A stretch of DNA of 63,974 bases, counting the filler, from Folioceros fuciformis (Eukaryota), in the NCBI GenBank assembly GCA_049999805.1. It is 6 parts of 4 records of this genome, joined end to end, with 100 filler letters (N's around TTAATTAATTAA, not from the genome) between each part and the next. Parts side by side here need not be neighbours in the genome. Positions count along the whole stretch, not along the records: positions 1 to 22,264 come from JBNGIO010006316.1; 5 more parts are not named here. One strand, 5' to 3'. Every line of letters starts with the position of its first letter. The stretch's first letter is position 1. A model generated the notes under the pieces. It made no database searches. It saw only the letters and a list, made by a program, of their open reading frames with translations, and had not been told where the DNA came from. Below are positions 1-10,740 of the stretch, in pieces. The translations under genes and the position numbers were made by a program.

Positions 1-1437
1 ATGCTGTAGCATGCTCGAAGCTGATGTCTCCAGGTCAGCATTTTTGTGTTCTGCTACTCCATTCTGCTATGGGGTGTGTGCATTTGTGAGCTGTTTAACA
101 ATGCCATGTTGTGTGTAGTAAGCATTGAACTCCTCGGATGTATACTCGCTACCATTATCTGTGCGGAGTTGCTTCAGCTTGTATCCGGTTTGTAGCTCTG
201 CCTAAGCTTTGTACTCCAGGAAGCAGGAATAAGTTTCAGATTTGAGGCGGAGGAAGTAGACTACGCAAAATCTTGTATAGTCATCTATAAAAGTAAGGAA
301 ATATTCCTTCCCGCCAAGTGACTTGGGCATAGGCCCACATACATCGCTATGTACTAACTGTAGAACCTCTGTGGCCCTTGTGGAGGCATCTGTAGGAAAA
401 GGAGTCCTTTTATGCTTGCCGAGGACACATGATTTGCACACACCAACATTATCAAGCTTGTCTAAGGTGAGCCCGTCCACCATCTTGTGCTTGTACATGT
501 GTACCAGTTTTCGATAATGTGTATGGCCTAGGCAGAGATGCCATAAATATGTTTGAGATGGCTTAGCAAAGCTGGATGACGATTGAACAGCATGAGCTTG
601 TGCAGTCTGCAGATCTGGATGATACAAATCATCATTTTGCAAATGGCCAATTCCAAGGAGAGTCCCTTCGCTCGACTCTATCACACAATTGCCTCCTTCA
701 AAGCATATAAGGCAGCCGGACTGATCGATCTTTCTCACCGAGACTAAATTCTTCGTAAGTCTTGGAACATAAAGCACATCTGGAATTTCAACATGCTGAG
801 ATGGCATGAGATCCAGTCTTAAGGTCCCCTGACCTTCAATGGGGTGCTTGGTATCATCCCCTAAGCACACATACTCTGCTGGTGTGTTGCTCCTTAAGTT
901 AGGTCATATAGGTCAGGTGAGGAGTCATGTGTTGTGAGGCGCCACTATCTATATACCAGGCATGTGCTGGCTGATTGACATAGCATGATACCACGTTACA
1001 GGAGTGATGTAACCTGATGGCATCAGGAGACGATGTGGGAGGCTTCACTACTTGGGTAAGGAACACTCTCCTATACTTAGGGTCCTTGCATTTTTGTGTT
1101 CGTCCCTGGCCTTAAGCCATTCTTGTAGGCTTTGTTGACGTTGAGCCCTCCTTGCTAGTCTTTCTCTTTTCCTAAGTTCAGGCATATCTGTTGCTAACAG
1201 GCATGATTGAGTGCATTCTTGCAGGCGGAGTACCTGAGGGCATTTGCACACAAAGATGTCGGCGCAGCAGATTACGCCCGTCCAGAATATTTAGAAGAAG
1301 AGCGCTAGATTAGATAGAGGGTTGTAAAGCCAGGAGGCATAAGAAAAATTTGCGCAGAATTCCAGAAAGCCGGAATAATCGCATTGGCGTGCAAGTCAGG
1401 TTTGCGCACGTCACGGATTACCACAGCTCTGATACCA
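1..1437 (-). mobile_element. Ty1/Copia LTR retrotransposon internal region (protease, GAG-pre-integrase, integrase core); gag mostly deleted; runs off window start
   Basis: Minus-strand WYIDSGASQHMT protease motif (~920-960). ORF 202..870 has LWHLCLGH, CKSC, VHSDVCGP and YFLTFIDDYTRF, and integrase continues past an in-frame stop. Only ~470 bp separate the PBS from the protease, too short for a full gag. Confidence 0.93.
1426..1437 (-). promoter_or_regulatory. Primer-binding site (tRNA-iMet) of the Copia element
   Basis: Minus strand reads ...TCA|TGGTATCAGAGC, the canonical iMet PBS directly after an LTR-terminal CA. Confidence 0.9.
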
Positions 1438-1599
1438 TGATCAGGATTAGACATTAAAGGCGCGCCATTGTATTAGCATAAAGAAAAGGTGAATACAGCG
1501 CCACGGTCTCGTGACCTTGACGCGGTGACGGTTAGGGTTTCCTAATCGTCTAGCCCTAAGCCTGTCTCTCTAGGTTAGTAGACATAACCTACCCTAACA
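1438..1599 (-). repeat. Putative short 5' LTR of the Copia element
   Basis: Minus strand starts TGTTAGGG at 1599 and ends CA at the PBS. Sequence beyond 1600 switches to an unrelated plus-strand RT frame. The partner LTR is not in the window. Confidence 0.55.
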
Positions 1600-1618
1600 T
1601 GGCCCTGAGGCTGTTTTT

Positions 1619-2457
1619 TGGCAGGCAGCCATAGACTCAGAGTATAAGTCTCTTCTTCAGAACAAAACATGGAAGCTAGTAGATCTCCCAACTGGTTGAA
1701 AGCCTGCTCAGTGCAAGTGGGTCTTCAAGAAAAAGCTGAACACTGATGGATCTGTCGGAAGGTACAAAGCTCGTTTAGTGGCCAAGGGCTATAGTCAAAT
1801 CCCAGGTCTAGACTATAATGAAACATTCATTCCTGTTCTCAAGTCTACCTCTGTCCGCATTTTACAAGCCCTTGCAGTTCATTACAGTCTTCTTGTGCAC
1901 CAACTGGACATCAAAACAGCCTTTCTCAATGGCTTGCTGGAGGAAGACATATACATGACTCAGCCTAAGGGTTTCATCATCGACAAGGACAAAGTTTGCA
2001 AGCTTCTCAAAACTCTGTATGGGTTCAAGCAGGCTTCACGAGCCTGGTATGAAGTTTTTCATAAGCTTGGTTTCACTTGCCTAGATGCCGACACCAGTGC
2101 CTACATTCTTTGGGATGGAGAAGACTTTTTTATTTTTATTGTTTATGTCAATGACAACTTCCTCTTCAGTAACTTTGCCACTCTTATGGCTAGAATCAAG
2201 TCGATCCAACCCTCTAAGTTCAATATGACTGACCTTGGTGAACTTACCTTCTCCCTTGGTGTCCAGTTTCATCTCCATCCGATTGCAGGCACCATCAACA
2301 TCCACCAGGAACACTTTGTGCGACAGCTTCTCCAGCGTTTCAACATGCTTGATGCTAAACCAGTGGCAACGCTAATGGCTTTGGGTGAAAAGCTGTCTGT
2401 CGAACAGTGTCCTACCACTGATGAGGAGAAGAAGCTTATGGCCAACATTCCCTACCG
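1619..2457 (+). mobile_element. Ty1/Copia reverse transcriptase fragment (degenerate, truncated at both ends)
   Basis: WQAAIDSEYKSLLQNKTWKLVDLP, YKARLVAKGYSQ, HQLDIKTAFLNG, LYGFKQASRAWY and YVND (a YVDD variant). Homology breaks after NIPYR at ~2457. Confidence 0.92.
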
Positions 2458-2459
2458 AA

Positions 2460-3780
2460 ATGAAACTCAAGAGGGTGGATGCCTCAAGAAACTCGGATTG
2501 GTCCCAGACATGCGTTGCAATCCGCCCTTTCATGCACATATGCTGCAAAATTGTTGTTCAACCATGGACAAGCGTCCGGACGTAAGTGCTATAATAGGGG
2601 TAAGTGTATCTCAGTAATGGTGTGACACTCGGGTATCAAGCCCACAATGTGCAATTCTATACCCATAACATACACCGCCCGTGCCGGTGTCTTCTTAATT
2701 GTTTTACAATATTAAGCGAATCCTTGTTGGACAACCAAAGTCTAGGTCTGATAGAGGGGACACATGCTCCTTGTTCAAATTTGCTAGACCACTTTTGTAT
2801 GGACCCATGATCTTCCCAGCTTGAAATATAGACACCCATCTTGCACATGGAAGTGGAGTGTTGGAAGGTGCCAGCCGGCCAGCGCCTTCCAACGCCCCAC
2901 TTGCATGATGAAGCCACGTCTACAAATTCAGATGTGGGCAATGTTAGGATCATGTGCTACAACCCACTACTACTTGAACTTCGTACACAACAGTACATAA
3001 TGCGGACAAAATTCTGTCATTGTAACCACTCAAAGGTCTGCTGCATCTTGGACTCCAATGCATTGCTGCATCACAGGTTCACATTCCTCGGCGTTCGTGG
3101 AACAGGCGCTAGCATTTGGGGTGAAAGCATTTGGCGACTACTTCGGCCTCGTCCTCCTCCCCTTCCAACTATGAGAGGCGGTGGCAACGATCAGCAATGC
3201 AGCGATGCCCTGTAAGTGACAGACAAGCCAGTGATGCTTGTAGGTAGTGGTGCCCGCATACCTTCCATCTCTAAGGAAATGCAGTCAGCCCTATCAGCAT
3301 TTCCATGTGCTCCCGATGTGTGTCTGTTCAATCTGAGGCGCTTATGGTTCAATCTGCTAGTTGGGTTGTGCAAAATGAAAGTAGATGCATCGTCTTGTAC
3401 ATAGCCACCACAACGATTACAGAGTTGAAGAGCACAACAGGGTGGAAGAATGTCTACAGCAAAGCAGGTATAGTGGAAAGCAATGCTAACATCATTGCCC
3501 TCTACGTTGTGGAGCGGGCTCAACATTGTGGGTACGCTGTCGTTTTGGTGCCTGATCTCTAGTAATCTAAGGCAGGTGAAGGATCTGCAAGCAGTCGATT
3601 GGAAGTCTTGTGGCAATAGCTCGCTAATCATTGGCGAGCACAAAGCAACGTCAGAACGACATCATTTCCTCGGGTACGTATTAAGCAGTGCTGGCGTCAT
3701 GAATAACGCTGGCACCCGTACCTACTGTGGAGATTCGTGGTGTAGCAGAACGCCGTCATTTGTTGGGTTCCAAACCCATC
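2460..3780 (-). pseudogene. Possible decayed ORF of unknown function, divergent from the ParB-MTase ORF
   Basis: ORFs 3191..3643 and 2657..2953 share one minus-strand frame that stays mostly open with a few TGA/TAG stops. No recognisable domain. Confidence 0.3.
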
Positions 3781-4091
3781 AATCAACTATTCATGATTTT
3801 CTGTTCTTTTCAATAACCAGGTGTACAGTAAAATATATATCAATATATATATAGCCTGTAGACACTGCTATTTCGTTTTAGGGTTGCTGCACACGAAGCA
3901 CATTTGAGACGGGAGGCTAGAAGGCTGGAAATGTGCAAATAGAGGGCTTTAAGTAGTTGTTGTATACGAAACACCAGTGTTCGTATTCGGGCGCAACTAC
4001 GCACAGCTTGCAACGGAGCAGTGGAGTGTGGCAGCAATCGGAAGGGGATTGGAGGGGCAGCCTGAATCTATTCCCCTTGGCATTCAAGGAT

Positions 4092-7000
4092 ATGGTGCCC
4101 AGAAGTAGGGCAAAGGCGAGGGCAGGTGGGGAAGCTGGGGAATAGGAAGGGGAGCGCGCTCTTGTGAAGAAACAACATGTGGGGAAGAAGAAGCCTGCAC
4201 CTAAAGGTCACCAGCGAGATGTGGACACGGGCGGAAGCCAGCGAGGGGCACAATCCGGTGGAAGTCAGGCACGAGCAGTGGATGTTGTGCCCGTTGCTAT
4301 GGCATGTGTAGGAGGCGGAGCATCCCGCTTTCATAGCCTGCAATCTGGGAGGGTGAGCACTACAAGAGGTGGAGGGGAGAACATGGAAGGAATTGTGCCT
4401 TCCCAACGCCAATGCCAGCCACCTCTCGTGCAATCGCCCTTCAATTATGAGGAGACAATGAAGATTAAGCGATTGTTGGCGAAGGTTGAAGTGAAGGATG
4501 TCATAGAGAAGGATTGGATCCTCGTGCCAGAGGAGGAGCCGGAGGAGGATAGCGGGATTTGGACTCCTCTCTTCAAACTTTTCATAACGGGATACGGGGG
4601 TGCCTATCCGAATCATAGGAGAAGAGCAAGGTAGGCGATATGGGCAACATTATAAATGGGGAATACAAGAGTGGAGGCATTGCTTCTTTGCGTTACACAA
4701 CAACAAGAGTTTGACGAGATTTTGAACTGTATTCACGCTTACAGACTGTATCACCTATCTTTCAACGGCATGACAATCAAGAAGTGTGAGCCTCAGCAAC
4801 CTGTGCAAATGTTACTAGAATGTCAACAAGAACGACCAGTAAGAACTTCTTGCTTCATGCTCTACTGGCATTTGAGCACAATTGTTTCTTGACTGCTAAG
4901 TTGGTGGATGCTGTAGGAGGAGGCATAAGGGAAATCTTTTATACAATGCCTTTGTATGGAGATCACCCACTCAATGCAGGCTCATCGCCGAGCTATGGCA
5001 ATTCCTAGAACCCATCAGGGAGTAGAGGCTGAGGTGATGCCGGATGGTAGTGGCGAGGACAGTGAGCTTGGACCATCTAATGAGGAGGACGCGCCGATCC
5101 CTAATCTCTTATGGCAATCAGATTCGGAAGATGGGGGCACGGATGCAAACAGAGATGTGTCTAATAAGGAGATAATATTCCCGAACTACCTCGGGCATGG
5201 GGTGTCTCTAGAGGTCCCAACAATCCGATACGAGCCAGAGGCCACACAAGCGCATCGGCCGGCTAGTGCCCATGTTGATGGGCGGGCCATGGCCGCCGTA
5301 CCTTCACCAAACCCGGAATGGTTTATTAATTTCCGGGCTGAAGGTGAAGGTGGAGGGCGCCGGCCGGCCAGGGTTTAGGAGCAGTAGAGCAGCCTGAGCC
5401 ACTAGTATCACAAGAACAGGAGAGGGTAGGATCCCAACCTGAGAGAACAATGGACAGTGGTGGAAGCCCTGACGATGAACCACAGGCCCCGGAAGACCAT
5501 GGAAGAAAACGAAAAGGCAAGAAGGTGACCACAGATGTGGGTGGCAGCGGGTCAGGGAGTTTCACTTAATCATCCGGCCACAAAAGAAAGAGGAGAAGGG
5601 CCGCTGAAGTTGGCAATGGCGGAATAACCCATATTCCCACTGTGCATGTGGCAACTAATGAGGAGCGGTTGACGAAGGCCGCTATGGATGAAGACCCGTT
5701 AACCAAGATCTGGGAAGCCGCATACTGCAAGAAGGTAGTGAAGGAGACTATTATGGTGAAACTTGAGAACCTACAGCCAGCCTCATTCTTAACACTAGAT
5801 GCACAGATTCGGAAAGTGGATGAAGCGTGGACTAACTACTTGGCTAGGGTTATCTCAAAGGGGAGGATCGAGGAGGGGGTCCTCCCGCTTTGTGCATGAT
5901 AGATCCCGAGGAGTGCTCAGACATGGTGGAGATGGACTGGGACAAGTTCAGGGCGAAGAAGTACACGATGGGCGTTTTGGGTGGGAACCATACATATGCC
6001 GCGATGAAGCATCTTGCTCATATGTCACCCAGTAAACAATGCTTTCAGTACGTTGAAGCGCATGTGTAATGTGGCTTAACCTTATAGGAGATGAGGGTTC
6101 TGGCAACAGATCACAACATGATGTCGGACAAAAAGTGGAAAATGTCATTCATTGAGCAAGTTCGGTATCTTTGGGATGAACTTATTCCAGCAAAGCGGGA
6201 TGCTGTGCAAATGACAATGTCTTGGAAGTTCAACCTTTACAAGGTACTGGGCTTGATAGAGGATGGTGAGGCTCGGCAGGATGATGTTTACAAATAGAAC
6301 AAGATGGATAATCGGACACACATCCTTTGCATAGCAAAGCAGGAAGGCAACACCTGGGAGAACATTGACAAAATATTTAGCAGGTGGGATGCCAAAGAGT
6401 TGCTAGAGCAAAAGAAGCATACCATAGTTGGCCCTAGCAAGAAAGGGAAAGGAAAGCAAAAGCCTATGGATGACTCAAAGCTGGTTGACTCAGGATATGT
6501 AAAGCCCAAGGATATGCTAGCCAAGCCTTGGAAGTCTTTCCAAGGCATACCTCCAGGACAATGTGAAAAACATTTATTAATCACTGCAAAGGACAAGGAG
6601 TTGGCAGACATTATTGACTTGAAGGGTATGGACGACAACATCACGTTGCGGAAGAAATTTCACATCATTCAAGTTGCGATGGCGAAGCATCTAGGTCGCA
6701 AGTCATTTAAGGAAGTACGGGCAGAGTATTCAAAGCACTCAATGGACGACATGCTGGCGAGGTTTCAAACCCAATTCGTTGGAAAGGTGAGCACTTTATT
6801 TTTGGTGCCGTGACAGATTTCTTGGGTAGAGACAAGGCTGGGCTAAGGGCGCCAGCCAGCTGGCGCCCTTAGCTTGACCTTTAGAATTTCTAACCGGGCA
6901 ATGACGCAAGGGGTTTATATTCATGTTCTCGTTTGTTGATGATGTGCAGCAACGTAAAGATGTGGACAACTCGTCACGCTTGCCGGAAGCTTTCAACAAT

Positions 7001-8154
7001 TTATTTTCAAAGTTAACAATTGGAAGGGTTTGGAGGAAGAGCAATGGGTTCTCGCGGACAAGGACTTGTAGGAAGGGATGTTCACCTTCGCAATCCTCGA
7101 AGCTGATACTCAAGTATAGTATCACGTGGTGAGCAGGAGTGTTATGGAGATGAAAGGATTTCTCTGACCAAGGAAATACTCCCTCCTCGTTATGGATGTG
7201 CCAAGAGGCTATGACATGGGCCCTATGGACAAGCATTTCGAAGAGCCGATGATAAGCACAATGTTAGAAAGTTTTGTTGAGAAGACGACATGTAAAGAAT
7301 ATCGGTTGGTAGTTATGCATGGAGTGGATGACGCCCATACAGTAAGACATGCCCTTCAGAAATGGTGTCGGGTTGGAGGCGTGACATTGTTTGTTTGGGA
7401 CAAGGTGAATGTGTGCAATGACAAGGGCGGATATGAGACCGTGGAGTACATCACAATGGCTTGGGGTGCTAAGGAGGGCAGTGGAAAAGATAGAGTATTC
7501 ATGCTTCCCAACGTATCCCATCCACCATTCAACAGAGGGAGGTCTGTCATAGTCCATGACTCAGTTGTGAAGAAGCATATCTATTTGTCGCACGACAAAC
7601 GTGTGGTATGCCCGTATCAGCTCCTGCTGGGTCTTATGATGAAATTTGTGCTCGCTCTCTCCGAGGGAGGAGATTGGGTGGTGGATGCTTGCTCCAACAA
7701 CGGGACCACAACACTGGCAGGGCTATGGTCAGGGAGGAATTGCATCGCAGTTGAGGCGGACTTGCGATGCGCGGCTTACATACCTTAATGAATCAATGGC
7801 CACCAGGTTCTACCTGATGCTGAAGAGGAACTAATGTTCGATGTGCATCGTAGGGGCCCATCACAATTTTGGGCAAGGAAAATTTGTATCAACGATACGA
7901 ATAGCTTGAAAGTCCAAGTTGTGCCTTTCAATCGGCGGAGCGCCTAACACCCTATCAATACGGCTGGTGAAGGAGGTCAGATGACGAAGGAGGCGGTTTG
8001 GCTAGCACTGCAAGCACTCGATGAGGCAAAGTTAGATGGAGATTTTGTGGATAAGGAGTTGGAAGAGATTGACAACTTCGACACAGAAGAACAACAAAGG
8101 CTTGTAGGAGTTGTTGTAGTGTATGACTTTGTGTCTGCGAATGAGGGGTCTTAG
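4092..8154 (+). pseudogene. Degenerate ParB-like domain + beta-class amino (N6-adenine/N4-cytosine) DNA methyltransferase fusion, probably TE-borne
   Basis: ParB-like VLGGNHTYAA (GGNH at 5980-5991) and LATDHN. In the same frame, a C-terminal MTase has LLVMDVPRG (motif IV-like, [DS]PPY), VWDK, PYQLLLGL and GDWVVDACSNNGTTTLAGLWSGRNCIAVEAD (motif I-II). Multiple in-frame stops and at least two frameshifts. Confidence 0.75.
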
Positions 8155-8859
8155 ACTTTATGAGTAAAAGTGCTTTTGTGTCGATTGGGCCTAGCGTTGA
8201 TGCTACAATAAAACAAGTAATGAGTAAATAGCGCCGGTCAGGCGGACGCCTTGACCATCACTCGGTGTGTAGGCATCATGTCAAAGTGAAAATATGGGAA
8301 ATGGTTGGTGTGCACAAGGTGGTGGTTGTTTTCACATAAGTCTATATAGCTCATTCTAGAAGGGTTAAGAAATAGGACATCAAACTTCACTTCATGTACT
8401 AGTGTCCTTCATTATTCAGCCCCTTGCAACCTTGTCGTGTTTGTGGACACACCATCAAGCTACAATTGGGATGTGCTAAGGAGAAGAGTAAACAACATGA
8501 CATATGCCATGAACCCAAGTATACAAGGCATTGGTTCATTCCTCTCGTATTGGCCATTAGCAAAGCAAACTTGTACAAATACAGAGGATGTTCAAGACAT
8601 TTTTACTCCCATAATATGAGCTATAATAACACCCTAATGAATTCTATATATTCACATTTCACTATATCTAGTCTATACATCCATGGATAGATGGATGGAT
8701 ATCCACTCTTCATAGTCACCACATTCATATTATACTTTCACTTAGTACAACTGTTAAAAGTGCTTCCCTTATTAGGAGTATACAAAATAATATAACAGAC
8801 TCCCAATTACACTGTTGTGCCCATTAGGAGTAGAGAAAATAACATAAGAGACTCCCAAT

Positions 8860-10290
8860 TATACTGTTGTGCTTTCTCCAACTTTCTTATCAAGTCTCAA
8901 GGAAGTTCGACAATCAAGTTATACATGCTCTTGGGAACATCATAAGTTCCACCATCTTTGAGTGTGTCGTCAATGATTTGGCATGGAAGCAAGATTCCTT
9001 GCTAGTTGCCTTTGTGGGTGTTGGTCTTTTGGTCATAGAGGCCTTTGCCTCAGCTGCCTTTCTCAGTGGCTGGGTTCTCGGCTCCAATTTTGGCCTCTCG
9101 TTTTTTGTTGCAAGATTCTCCTCTTCTTGAAGGTTTTATCTCAAGCATTGAGGAGGGTGTTTTCTCTTTACAAGTATCTCTTTGGCAAGTGAGGGCCTCT
9201 TTACCTTTGGAGGCTCATGCGGCTCTACTTCCTTTCACCTTCTTTTCTAAGAAAGGGTTGAAGGGTCTTTAGGCCTCCCTCCTGGAAAAGCAATATGGCT
9301 AAGCACTAAGAGCTCTTCTTTTAGACTCATCTATCCCTAAGTCTTCTCAGGCTCGTATTTGCTCTCGGAGCGAGCTCTTGGCTCTTGGCTCTTGGCTCTT
9401 TGCTCTTGGCTCAAGCTTGCATCTAAGGATTTTGAATCACACCATGAACTTTCGCCACTATGATGAGATTTCGCTTAGGTTTGGCCCACCCCTTGGCTTT
9501 TTCTCTCTCTACATGCAATTGTGGGGTTGCCATTGTTAACATGGGGTCCCATCTAGCATCTTGTCTCGTCGGGAAGCATTGCATTACCACCCATGATGTA
9601 GTTCGGGTTGTCATGTTCTTAATAGTTATGGAATGTGAGTTTCTTCTGAATAAGGAGTGTCTATATACTTTGTGTAACTAGGTTTCACTTAGATACAAAC
9701 TTTTTTTTACTAGGGGTGAAGAGATTTGAGTTGTGGATGTGGTTATTACGGATCCCACTAGGAATTTGATTTGCGAGCACATCGTCATCAACCCTCGTGA
9801 ATGGGTGGTGGAGGGTTGTGCAAGCACCTAAGTCCTGAAGTATTCTCCAAGCAAGATGAGCTTATTTTCATCCCCTTTGTTCTTGAGACTCATGTGGCCA
9901 TGGGCAAGGACGTTTCAAAGTTCATCAAGGAGTGTGAAAAGATTTATTAGAGTAGTAGGAATGATGTTCTTCCTCTTTTGGCCTTCTTTCGACAACGCTT
10001 ATCCATTGCTTTGCAAAGAGCATTGGCTAATGCAGTTTTGAAAATAGCAGTAAGCACACTACCATTGGCTTCTTCGACACCGGTGGTAGGTAGGCCTTTT
10101 AATCTTCAGAGATCCATTGCTTTGTAAAGAGCATTGGCCAAGGTAGTTTTAGAACAGCAATAAGCACACTACCATTGGCTTCTTTGGCACAGTTGGTAGG
10201 TAGGCCTTTTATTATTTCATATCATGACATTTGAGGAGCAATATCATGACATTTTAGGAGCAATAGGTAGTTTTTGAGAATGATGCTCGA
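8860..10290 (+). mobile_element. CRE-like (RLE-type) non-LTR retrotransposon 3' remnant: RT thumb, CCHC finger, restriction-like endonuclease and downstream repeat
   Basis: AWKQDSLLVAFVGVGL (QASLP..GGLG-like), MRFRLGL...CNCG...GSHLASC...THDVVR (CCHC + RHD-like) and DVVITDP. Homologous to 22365-23300 and 58200-58550. Confidence 0.7.
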
Positions 10291-10740
10291 AAAGGCTAGT
10301 TCCTTGTTTGGCCTTTGGTCCCATTCGGGTTGTTCCTCCAATCTTTGGAGTAGATGAGGCTGTCTGTCCATCTCTTTTTCAATTATAGAAACCCTTTGCT
10401 CATTCTCACGTTGTGCCTCAAATCTTTGCAATCTTTGGAGTGAATGAGATTTTTCACCTTTTTTTTTTAATAAGAGAAACCCTTTTGGCCTTGCTCGGGT
10501 TGTTCCCCAATCTTTGCAGTAAATAAAACTTTCTATCTCTTTTTCAATAAAAATAATAATTTTATTATAAAAGCTTATCATAATCACATTATCAATTGAA
10601 TCAAAAAAGTTTAATATTTCGTATCATATAAATTTTTTTTCTATATATATAAATTATATGACAATATTCAATATTATGTTATTATGAGAGTAAGGGATAT
10701 GACTATTGACATGACCTAGGAGCGCAGCAGGGCCTTTGAG

